Source: Chrysomallon squamiferum (lineage: Eukaryota; Animalia; Mollusca). Taken from it: DNA of 64,000 nucleotides. Shown here piece by piece: positions 24,307-36,695 of this stretch (positions are counted from its first letter, which is position 1; the number at the start of each line of letters is the position of its first letter). A program made the position numbers and the translations under genes. Below the pieces are notes generated by a model. The model did not search any database. It worked only from the letters and a program-made list of their open reading frames with translations, and was not told the origin of the DNA. The stretch spans positions 36,518,001 to 36,582,000 of the forward strand of contig CM022671.1 in assembly GCA_012295275.1 (NCBI GenBank), written 5' to 3'.

Positions 24307-27033
24307 TCAAGACTGACTGTTAACATTCTGTACGGAGGCTCCGTTGAGTGTCTGTGTAGGGAAACCTGCGAGAGGTCCAGTGTGAGCTGGCACTCCGTTG
24401 ACAGCGATGTGGAAGTCTGATGAGTGCTGCGGTGCTGACAACACACTCTGTCCTGTCATCTGCAGGTTGTACTCAGCTGTCTCCATGCGTAGGATGTAGG
24501 GGATGATGCTGTCGATCTGCACGCTGCCGATGAGCCCAGAAAAAGAGTTCCTCCATCGTGTTAGGACTGAAAGTTTTTAGAGGAGGAAGGCGTAACATGA
24601 GCTGGGACACTCGACACGAACTGAGCTCACTCTGCTGACTGAGGTGCTGTACAAACTCTTTACCTGCCTTCTCCTGCAGCTTCTCAGCCTGCTTCTTGTA
24701 CACCAGATTTGGATTATCTAAAACAAACATTCTCTCTTAATAAGCAAACGTGGTAATAACAAAAAAAGCAAGATGTAAACACAATGATATCAAACTCAAA
24801 TTTAAAACACAAGCTGTTGGTTTTTTTCCTTTGATTTAACTGTGATAGTAATCACTGGCAGTAATACATAACAGTCTAGATGTTATTATGAGAGTAATAT
24901 ATAACAGTCTAGGTGTTATTATGAGAGTAATATATAACAGTAGGTGTTATTATGAGAGTAATATATAACAGTCTAGGTGTTATTATGAGAGTAATATATA
25001 ACAGTCTAGGTGTTATTATGAGAGTAATATATAACAGTAGGTGTTATTATGAGAGTAATATATAACAGTCTAGGTGTTATTATGAGAGTAATATATAACA
25101 GTCTAGATGTTATTATGAGAGTAATATATAACAGTCTAGATGTTATTATAAGAATAATATATAACAGTCTAGGTGTTATTATGAGAGTAATATGTAATAG
25201 TACAGAGGTTATTAGACATATAAAGTGTTACTGAAAGGAATGTGGAAATATCAGTAGATTTAATTTACTGTTGTCAGTCACAAACATGAGAATAGAAACA
25301 GAAAATGAGGAGAGACTTGTACATACCAGAGTAGAATAAAACCAGTAATTTGAGATAAGCGTATTCTGCGTGAGTGACACGCAGATGCTGCATGGACAGG
25401 ATGTAGTCCTGTAGTCTGATGATGTGTTCAATAACCCCCTTCACCTTCTCCTGGTCTGACTTCTCTGTTAACAACACATGTTACAACAATTACATGTCAC
25501 ATTCTTACATTTGTGTCTTCACACACTGATTCTCCCTGCTTGCAACACAGACACAGGCATCTAACTTCTTCTTTGTTATTAAGTTTTAAATGTCAGATGT
25601 TTGCAAAAAAAAAAACAACAGGTGGCTGCATTAAATTATTTATAAAATACTTTCAAAAATGAAAACAGATATTAATTAAAAGCAGTATTTAAATTTATAA
25701 TTTATCAGATTGATCATGGAGTAGAAGTTTAGTTGGAATCACTTTGAAATTATACAGTTAAACTATTTAAATATTTTTAAAAAATATATATATAGTACTC
25801 ATACCTTGAAGCAGACTCGACTGCAGGTGATTCAAAATGGCTGCCAATATGGTTGGCAGACACATGGCTGCCGAGCACTGTGCAAGCCCCAGAGTAAAGA
25901 GTTCACTCCAACATGACCGCACAAGTGTCGTCTGCATCTCCGGACTAAAACATTCAAACAGTGTAACTGACTTAATAAGGATTTTCTAAATGTACTGAAT
26001 ACAACAACAAAATCAATAAACACAAAGCTAAACACATGAACAATATCTACATGATTTGTTGTACGTTGATATTTGAAGCCTGGACTCAGTTTCACAAGAA
26101 AATAACAACCTATACTTTATTTTGGGAAATGAAAGAATCATACAGAAAATTACTGTAAGATGTCACATAAACTTCACATGAGATAATTTATAGCTTGATG
26201 AGCATTCACTAGTCTAATACAATATTAAAACAAATTAACTTAAAATTACTGTTTGCAGAGATGGTCTGAGTTGCAGGATCAGTTCTCTTTGTCTGCCTGT
26301 TTCCTGTTCCAGCCAGCACCCAGTCACAAGTGTTACTGTTTGTGAAAGAGTTTTCATAAAAGTATACTTGCTGCTGACTGAAGGAACAACAGGTGATAAG
26401 GTGTGATATTCTTTACTTACCTCAACATCTGGAATGCAGTGATGGACCGTGTCCAGTGCATGGACAGGAAGAGCAGACGGGAGGCACTCTCACAGATGTA
26501 GTGGACGTTAAGGTAAGCAGGCATCGGCGCTGGTGTTGTCAGATTGAACTGGAAATTTGACTCAGTTAACAGAGGACCTGAAACATTACACAACACTTCT
26601 TACTTAAATATCTTATAAATCACAACTACACAACTTCATATGATTTATAATGTATTTTTCCATTAAGTACTTAATCAGTAATTCACAAAATCTGCCATTT
26701 TCTGCACTAAGCCTGCTTTCTTGTTATAAGTGCTGACAGAAACATCAGTGACTTACTCCGTCCTGTTTATTTTCTTTTTCACTACTTTAGCAGATGATAA
26801 ATCTCCACACTTTTTACCTATCATGTTACTTCATTACCAGCAGAGTCTGGTTTGAGAAACAAACTGTATTAAGATTATCTGTAGATTGGTTTAAATGTCT
26901 TACCATCAATGTCAATAACAAAAGAGTTGTCTGGTGACTCGGAGCTGACATTTGAGTCATTAAGACTCGTCTCTGACACACCTGACTGATCAAAATTACT
27001 ACCAGTCTGAAATATTACAAACAGTGAATAAGC

Positions 27034-27107
<74 letters not shown>

Positions 27108-27941
27108 ACTACAAGAATAAAACCAGTAATTACATAATTTAGTGAAAAATGAATTAAAGATAATTACAACATGATTTAATTAAATATAAAGAAAGACCAA
27201 CATTATCAACTTGCCATCTTTCAACTCATTCTACAAAACTATACTAACAATTTGGCAATTACAACTCTGTACTCAAGTAATTATAATGTTACCTGTACAT
27301 GTTTTCTTTACAAGCTTTCAGATTAGTTACCTGTATGTACCAGATGTCTGTAGTTATAATCAAAATGGTTCTCAATTCAATTACTTTACAGATACTACCA
27401 TAATTATATTACATGTCAACAGTTAGAGTCTAAATGTTACTACATGCTACATGTCTGTAGTTACAGTCCAGATGTTACTACATGTTACATGTCTGTAGTT
27501 ACAGTCCAGATGTTACTATATGTTACACGTCTGTAGTTACAGTCCAGATGTTACTACATGTTATGCCTGTAGTTACAGTCCAGATGTTACTATATGTTAC
27601 CTGTTGTGGTTGAACAGCTTTAGCTAATGTATCAAAGGCCTTAGCGACAGTGTCTGAACTTTCTGTTTCCTGGTCTCCATTTGACGGGGTGACAGGGTTG
27701 CTGCTGCAGGGGTTACTCTGATCACCGTCATTGTTTCCCATCGTAGCCAGCGTCGTAACAACATTGGCCAGGGTGCTCAGATCTGAAACATCCCACAGCA
27801 TACAAAAATACACACACAGTTTTATCAAACAGCTGACATAATTGAATAATTATTTAATTTTGTTTTCAAAACCCATGACTAAAACTAATCTGTTGAATGA
27901 AGCTTTTCGTTTTCTTCTTAAATACTGCACATTACATAAAA

Positions 27942-27988
<47 letters not shown>

Positions 27989-30900
27989 TATATTTACTGC
28001 TTTGTAGCAGAATTATCATTACATGACCACTGACCTGTGTTGGCTGTGGTTACACTGGACATCTGAGAACCAAGGACAACTAGCCCCTGGTCAGTCTGGA
28101 TCACTCGCTCCTGTAAGTTGGACAGCAGACTGGTTCCAGGTTTTACGTCCTCAGTGGTCACCTGAAAAAAAGGCTGTTGTGCATCATCCTGCCAACAGGC
28201 CAATACACGTCAATGACATCACTCTTATAACAACATCCATGCAACATCGTGCAGACACTACAAATTGTACACTAGAATTACAGTATACAAACTATACTCT
28301 ACTAGTATTACAGTATACAAACTACACACTACTAGTATTACAGTATACAAACTACACACTACTAGTATTACAGTATACAAACTACACACTACTAGTATTA
28401 CAGTATACAAACTACACACTACTAGTATTACAGTATACAAACTACACACTACTAGTATTACCATATACAAACTACACACTACTAGTATTACCGTATACAA
28501 ACTACACACTACTAGTATTATAGTACACTAACTATACACTACTGGTATTATTGTACACAAACTATACACTACTGGTATTATAGTACACAAACTACACACT
28601 ACTAGTAATACAGTATACAAACTATACACTACTGGTATTACAGTATACAAACTACACACTACTAGTAATATAGTATACAAACTACACACTACTAGTATTA
28701 CAGTATACAAACTATACACTACTAGTAATATAGTATACAAACTATACACTACTAGTATTACAGTATACAAACTATACACTACTGGTATTACAGTATACAA
28801 ACTACACACTACTAGTAATATAGTATACAAACTACACACTACTGGTATTATAGTACACAAACTACACACTACTAGTATTACAGTATACAAACTACACACT
28901 ACTAGTAATATAGTATACAAACTACACACTACTGGTATTATAGTACACAAACTACACACTACTAGTATTACAGATACAAACTACACACTACTGGTATTAT
29001 AGTACACAAACTACACACTACTAGTATTATAGTATACAAACTACACACTACTAGTAATATAGTATACAAACTACACACTACTGGTATTATAGTACACAAA
29101 CTACACACTACTAGTATTACAGATACAAACTACACACTACTGGTATTATAGTACACAAACTACACACTACTAGTATTACAGATACAAACTACACACTACT
29201 GGTATTATAGTACACAAACTACACACTACTAGTATTACAGTATACAAACTACACACTACTAGTATTACAGTACTCTATAGTATTACAGATACAAACTACA
29301 CACTACTAGTATTACAGATTACACACTACTGGTATTATACATACAAACTATACACTACTAGTATTACTACTAGTATTACAGTATACAAACTACACACTAC
29401 TAGTATTACAGTATACAAACTACACACTACTAGTATTACAGTATACAAACTACACACTACTAGTATTACAGTATACAAACTACACACTACTAGTATTACA
29501 GATACAAACTACACACTACTAGTATTACCATATACAAACTACACACTACTAGTATTACCGTATACAAACTACACACTACTAGTATTATAGTAACTATACA
29601 CATTATTGTACACAAACTATACACTACTGGTAATATAGTACACAAACTACACTACACACTACTAGTATTACAGTATACAAACTATACACTACTGGTATTA
29701 CAGTATACAAACTACACACTACTAGTAATATAGTATACAAACTACACACTACTAGTATTACAGTATACAAACTATACACTACTAGTAATATAGTATACAA
29801 ACTATACACTACTAGTATTACAGTATACAAACTATACACTACTGGTATTACAGTATACAAACTACACACTACTAGTAATATAGTATACAAACTACACACT
29901 ACTGGTATTATAGTACACAAACTACACACTACTAGTATTACAGACACACTACTAGTAAACTATACAAACTACACACTACTGGTATTATAGTACACAAACT
30001 ACACACTACTAGTATTACAGATACAAACTACACACTACTGGTATTATAGTACACAAACTATACACTACTAGTATTACAGATACAAACTACACACTACTGG
30101 TATTATAGTACACAAACTACACACTACTAGTAATATAGTATACAAACTACACACTACTGGTATTATAGTACACAAACTACACACTACTAGTATTACAGAT
30201 ACAAACTACACACTACTGGTATTACAGTACACAAACTACACACTACTAGTATTACAGATACAAACTACACACTACTGGTATTATAGTACACAAACTACAC
30301 ACTACTAGTATTACAGATACAAACTACACACTACTAGTATTACAGTATACAAACTACACACTACTAGTATTACAGATACAAACTACACACTACTAATAGT
30401 ACACAAACTACACACTACTAGTATTACAGTATACAAACTACACACTACTAGTATTACAGATACAAACTACACACTACTGGTATTATACATACAAACTATA
30501 CACTACTAGTATTAAACGATACAAACTATATACTACCAGTATTATAGATACAATCTACAATAGTATTATAGTATACAAAACTATACACTACTAGTATTAA
30601 AGTATACTAACTATACACTACTTGTATAACAAACTAGCATTAAAAGATGACTATTCCTCATATATAAGAACTACTATTGTAACAAATACTATTAGCAGAA
30701 TAACAACATTATTAATACACAACAGTAACTAATATCAGCAGCAATAATTTGAAAAAGAAGAAGAAAAAATAAGGATCTAAGGAAATAAATGTCAACAGAA
30801 AAACTCTCCATGTAAAATGATAATAACACACTGAATCAAACTGTTACTACAAGTGACTTGAAAAGTAGCTTAATATAAAAACACAGAACAAAGAATAGTT

Positions 30901-33900
30901 ACCCGGCCAGCGAATGTTGGAATGGCTGCTGATGGACTGTTGAAGTCTTTGCGGATGTAGATGCGCTGCGTGGATGTTGCCACTGTGTTGGGCATCTTGT
31001 CTTTCTGGTCTGATGGTTTTCTTTCTTGTTGAACAGCTACACACAAACCAGAAACTAGAGTCAATAAAAGAAACTTGATTCGTCTTGGCTTTTGTACACT
31101 ACAGTCCTTACTTTGACCAAGCCAAAACTGCTTGTCTCCTAGCAACCAGATCAGCAGTTTACAAAACTAACAGTACTAAAATCAGTGCCTCAGGCTGATT
31201 CTCTTCGGTCACAATTTGGTTTGATTCATCACATTTGTTTTGTTTTTTATGTTATAATAAAATGTTTTATAGAAGAAATTTTTTCCTGACAGTACTAATT
31301 TCAGTGATGTCTAAATCGAAAGAGAAATGTTTTGTACTCGCTCATTTCCTTCAAGTTTAATCATTTGTTTTCAGTTTCAGTGCAAAGCAGTTTTGACTTG
31401 AGTGATAATTAAATTTTTTGTTTTTTTTTATTATTTCTTGCAAATATTTATTTTAATTTAAGTTTAAACAAAGAACGAGAATACAAACTGAAAAGAATGA
31501 GGAAATAACAAACTTTAAAACAAAATGTGTAGTTTAAATTGGTTATTTACAAATCTGCCATTATAACACAAAACATGTTGTAGTGTACAAAAAGCCGTAA
31601 GCGACCATCTTACCATTAAAACCTGTTCCTACGGAGTAATCTTCATATTTCGAGGATTTATCGATGAATGCTAAAAACAGGAAACAACAGCTCAATTTCA
31701 TGTTTCTACATACATGACAGACACAACGTCCTTACTGCACCATTGCTAAATGCATTGACAACACACATACACACACACACACGCAGAGTCCATGACTATT
31801 ACGTATTTAACATTTCCATGACAACAGAAGTACAGTGAGCTGATATACATACATGTGATAGGTGTGAAGGAGAAGTTAGCATCATAGCAGCAGTACAGGT
31901 GACTAATACACACATGTAATTATGGTTTTAGAAATTAAATGCTTTCAAAAGAATCTTCTTCAGATCAGACATCAAAATGTGTGCATGTGTTTTTTCTCTC
32001 ATTTTTTTTTTAAAGTCAGAATTGTTTCAATCAATTTTATTAAAAAATTCACTATGCTGATTATTTACTTACACCTTGTACATATATGAAGTTTATTTAA
32101 TATCACTTAACAGTACTAATCTTTAAATAAATAAACATAAAAGTATGAGTTAAAACTGTGTTAATTTAAGTTTCTTTCCTTTTCATTTATAAGATAAATC
32201 AGAATAAGAAAAATAATTATTGTTACAATTATTAAAATTATTTTCAGTCAAATCATTCTGTGAATGTTAAACTAGTTTATGTATGTAATGAAACCATAAT
32301 TACTTTAGTGCAGTGATATGATACATGCATGCTGCAAACACCCTGTACATAAAACATCTAATAACACCACAAATCAGCACATTTTTAGCACCTGTACTTA
32401 CAACACAACTTTAATCTCCCACCTGCTTGAGACCCAGCAACATTCCCAGAGTGACATATTTATAACGATCACTCAAAATATGGCTTACACCTGGTGTCAG
32501 CAACTATGATATCTACACAATGACCACTACTGGATGTCACTAAGATTTACAAATAGTCAATTATACTTGATACTGACATGTGATCTTTAAAAGGCAACTT
32601 GTACTTCAAGTTCATGACCTTAAATACTAATAAAATGACTTAAATACTTACCCTGTTACTTATACTTGCTTCAATACTTAGAAAATGACTTGTACTTGAT
32701 GCAATTGACTAGGATACTGACAAGGTGACTTATACTTGATGCTCAGACTAAGATAACGACAAGATAACTTATACTGGATGTTCAGACTAAGATACTTACA
32801 AGATGACTTATACTTGATGTTCAGACAAAGTTACTAACAACATGTCTAATACAGGATGTTCAGATTAACATACCAATAAGGTGACTTATACTGGATGTTC
32901 AGACTAAGATACTTACAAGGTGACTTATACTGGATGTTCAGACTAAGATACTTACAAGGTGACTTATACTTGATGCTCAGACTAAGATAACGACAAGATA
33001 ACTAATACTGGATGTTCAGACTAAGATACTTACAAGGTGATTAATGCTTGATGTTCAGACTAAGATACTTACAAGGTGACTTATACTGGATGTTCAGACT
33101 AAGATACTTACAAGGTGACTTATACTGGATGTTCAGACTAAGATACTTACAAGGTGACTTATACTGGATGTTCAGACTAAGATACTGACAAGGTGACTAA
33201 AACCTGATGTCAGTTATAGACAAAAATATTCAAGATATTCTAACAAATAATCAAGACTGATGACATAGAATATATACACATGCAACTGATACTAATAATA
33301 TATAAATGATGCTATATATTACACATACAGCTAGTACAAGACACAAACAAAAGATACAAGTGATATTATAACAGGTGACAATCACAGCACAGAAACCCTT
33401 CAACACTGACACATAATGAATATAACAAACAACAGTGTGAAGTTTCTCAGCTCATGAAATAAACTTAAACATCCCTGATAATGACAGGATCACTTTTTAG
33501 AGAAATAACTAAGAAAACACTTACATTCAGATCTCATTCCAACACTGAGACACTTCTGTAATCTACAGTACTGACATCGGTTTCGATGTAACTTGGTAAC
33601 CGGACAGTCCTTGTTGCCACGACAGGCGTACCCGAGCTGTTTCCTGATACTCCGCTTAAAGAAACCTTTACAACCCTCACAGCTGATTGCACCGTAATGT
33701 CGACCTGTGAACAAACCTTGTATTTAGTCACAGCCTGTCAACTCAAATAATCTGATGTGTTGTTTAAATACAAGTAATACAATCCAATGTGTTGTTTAAA
33801 TACAAGTAATACAATCCAGTGTGTTGTTTACATACAAGTAATACAATCTGATGTGTTGTTTAAATACGAGTAATACAATCGGATGTGTTGTTTAAATGCA

Positions 33901-36303
33901 AGTAATACAATCTGATGTGTTGTTTAAATACAAGTAATACAATCTGATGTGTTGTTTAAATACAAGTAATACAATCTGATGTGTTGTTCAAATACAATAC
34001 AATCTGATATGTTGTTCAAATACAATCTGATGTGTTGTTTAAAGACAAGTAATACAATCTGATGTGTTGTTTTAATACATGTAATACAATCTGATGTGTT
34101 GTTTAAATACAAGTAATACAATCTGACGTGTTGTTTAAATACAAGTAATACAATCCTATGTGTTGTTTAAATACAAGTAATACAATCTGATGTGTTGTTC
34201 AAATACAATACAATCTGATACGTTGTTCAAATACAATCTGATGTGTTGTTTAAAGACAAGTAATACAATCTGATGTGTTGTTTTAATACATGTAATACAA
34301 TCTGATGTGTTGTTTAAATACAAGTAATACCATATGATGTGTTGTTTAAACACAAATAATACAATCTGTGTTGTTTAAAAACAAGTAATACACACCTGAT
34401 GCCCTGTCACCACACACAAAACATGGCTCGTATTTCTGTTCAAACTGTTGTTTCTGAGTCATCTTTTCTCTCACTGCCTGCTGTTCTTCTCGTAGACGTT
34501 CCAGTCTCTGTGCATGCTGCAGTTCCTGAAAAACAAACATTTCACACATACTGATTATGTGTAATCACAATGTACAACACATGCAGTCTATATTTCATGC
34601 ATAGTGCAGTGTAGTTCAGTGTTTTCCACACAACAGTAGAACAATATACAAAGCCAAAGCAGAATTCACTTCACAGAATAGAACACACTTAACAGAGTAG
34701 AACACACTTCACACAGAGTAGAACATACTTCACACAGTACAACACACTTAACATAGTAGAACATACTTCACACAGTACAACACACTTAACAGAGTAGAAC
34801 ATACTTCACACAGTACAACACACTTAACAGAGTAGAACACATTTCACAAAGTAGAAAACACTTAACAGAGTAGAACACACTTCACACAGTACAACACACT
34901 TAACAGAGTAGAACACACTTCACACAGAGTAGAACAAACTTCACACAGTACAACACACTTAACAGAGTAGAACATACTTCACAAAGTAGAAAACACTTCA
35001 GAGTAGAACATACTTAACAGAGTAGAACACACTTCACACAGAGTAGAACATACTTCACAGAGTAAAACAAACTTAACAGAGTAGAACACACTTCACAGTA
35101 CAACATACTTCATGCAGAGTAGAACACACTTCACACAGAGTATAACATACTTCATAAAGTACAACACACTTCCCAGAGTAGAACACATTTCACAGTGTAT
35201 AACACACTTCACAGAATGGAACACACTTCACTCAGTACAACATACTTCACACAGAGCAGAACACACTTCACACAGAGTAGAAGACACTTCACACATATAG
35301 TTCACACAGAGTAGAAGACACTTGCCAGTCTCAACTCACTTTAAGTTTGGCTGCCCAGTCCACTGATGACAATGCTGCTGCTGGGACTTGAACCACCTGA
35401 GCTCCAGACATTGTTCCTTCTTTCAGTCTGACAGCTAAGTCTGCTGGTGCCATTGTTGAAACAATAACCTGGGTGCCATTCGGTGTCACAGTAGTCGTAG
35501 GCTGAAAACAATTATCTTGGTTTAGACAATATATTTTACTGTGTACTGTTCAGTGTGAAAAAAGCAGTGGTAACTGAATGAACATGTCAAATTAACACAA
35601 ATATATTACACCTAATGAACCATTTTAATCACTTTAAATTGCATATATTTTTTAATAATCAAAATAAAACATTTTTTATTAGTAACATTATTTTTGTTTA
35701 CCTCTTAAAAATAACAATACTTAATGGAATTATGAAAATATTTAGAACAATAAGAATATTTCAGTTTGACTTGTTTTTGTTTTTTTGGTTTATGTACATT
35801 AAATAAAATTAATTTTTAAAATTTCAAAACTTTATACCATTAATCTAAAGTCACAATCTACATTGATAAGAGTTTCCAGTGACTTACACAGAATGTTTTA
35901 TAAAAAACAATCACACATTTTTTGGACTTATCTGTTTAGGTTCTTATAAACCTTTTTTTTTAGAAAAGTATCCACATTAACATTTTAATGTTTTACTGCA
36001 AATAATTAATTTTAAAACTGTTCACTTTGTAATAACTGTGTTTTAAGAAAACAAAGTTCAATATTATTATACCTGTGGTGCTATGGAAACGGGTATTGTT
36101 AGATTGCCAGGTGCCAGAGCCAAGGTGGGCAGTGATATAGCTGTGTTAACAGATGACGCTGATGTTACTGCCATGGTGGGTGCAACAATGTGAATAATAC
36201 TCTCTCCCTGTGTGTGAACACCACCATCCATGGAGATGAGTGTCCCCTCCGTAGTGGTCTCTGTGCTTGCAGATGTTGACTGAACTTCCTCCATGGAAGC
36301 CAT
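24307..36303 (-). CDS. NR2C2: Orphan nuclear receptor TR2/TR4 (NR2C) ortholog; apparent frameshift near 24540
   Basis: Minus-strand exons 36303-36073, 35501-35340, 34525-34396, 33704-33525, 31036-30903, 28161-28035, 27782-27601, 27006-26904, 26577-26421, 25944-25805, 25464-25327, 24717-24307. [34 protein letters not shown]...[15 protein letters not shown]2C-specific motifs [39 protein letters not shown] and [16 protein letters not shown]. An invertebrate gene is likely co-orthologous to NR2C1 and NR2C2. Confidence 0.95.
24850..25200. repeat. 33-bp minisatellite in the last NR2C intron
   Basis: Unit gtaatatataacagtctaggtgttattatgaga, about 10 copies. Confidence 0.9.
27420..27605. repeat. Minisatellite of about 36 bp abutting an NR2C donor site
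   Basis: Unit tgttactacatgttacatgtctgtagttacagtccaga. On the minus strand it starts at the exon end 'acag|gtaacat'. Confidence 0.85.
28258..30630. repeat. Large 30-bp minisatellite (about 2.4 kb) filling most of an NR2C intron
   Basis: Unit actacacactactagtattacagtatacaa with variants. It explains the repetitive ORFs in the track. Confidence 0.97.
32560..33210. repeat. 36-bp minisatellite in an NR2C intron
   Basis: Unit gtgacttatactggatgttcagactaagatacttacaag, degenerating toward 32560. Confidence 0.9.
33745..34400. repeat. 32-bp minisatellite filling the intron that splits the first NR2C zinc finger
   Basis: Unit aatctgatgtgttgtttaaatacaagtaatac. The minus-strand unit 'catcagattgtattacttg' mirrors the exon end and donor 'catcag|gtgtgtattacttg'. 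Confidence 0.92.
34665..35325. repeat. 21-23-bp minisatellite in an NR2C intron
   Basis: Unit cagagtagaacacacttcaca and variants. Confidence 0.9.
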
Positions 36304-36516
36304 GGGCTGGAGGTGTAACCTGAAATTACATCAGCAAAGCTGTAAAAGTATATTAGCATTCTGTGAAAAAAAGGGAAACAACAACAACAACAAATAAATA
36401 TAAATATAAAACATAAAAAGTATATAATAATAATAATTATAACAAATTTAAATAAAAAAAAAATAAAAATAGTAATAATAAATAAATTAATATAAATATT
36501 AATCCTCAAAATTTAC

Positions 36517-36695
36517 CATTTGTACAGAGCAAGATACCGAGAAGTTCTTGTTGTTCCATCAAGATATTTTCTCCAGTAAGAATTTGTAATGAACTTTGAC
36601 TGCACTTGTATTTTCAAATGTTTTGTTATGTTTATCTAGTCAGACATGATACAACCTACACACACTTTACAAACTTTTCAACTGTTTATTAGTGC
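36517..36695 (-). other. Putative 5'-UTR exon of NR2C
   Basis: Minus strand ttgttgcag|gcact...aaatg|gtaaat. No in-frame ATG for the main ORF; contains upstream ATGs. Confidence 0.5.

Noticed and set aside
28258-30630. Regular 30-bp periodic array resembling a CRISPR array or repetitive protein ORFs
   Set aside because: No unique spacers, eukaryotic intron context and no cas genes. The ORFs are translations of the minisatellite.
24307-36303. NR2C as a pseudogene
   Set aside because: Only a single lesion, in a homopolymer; all other exons, phases and motifs are intact.
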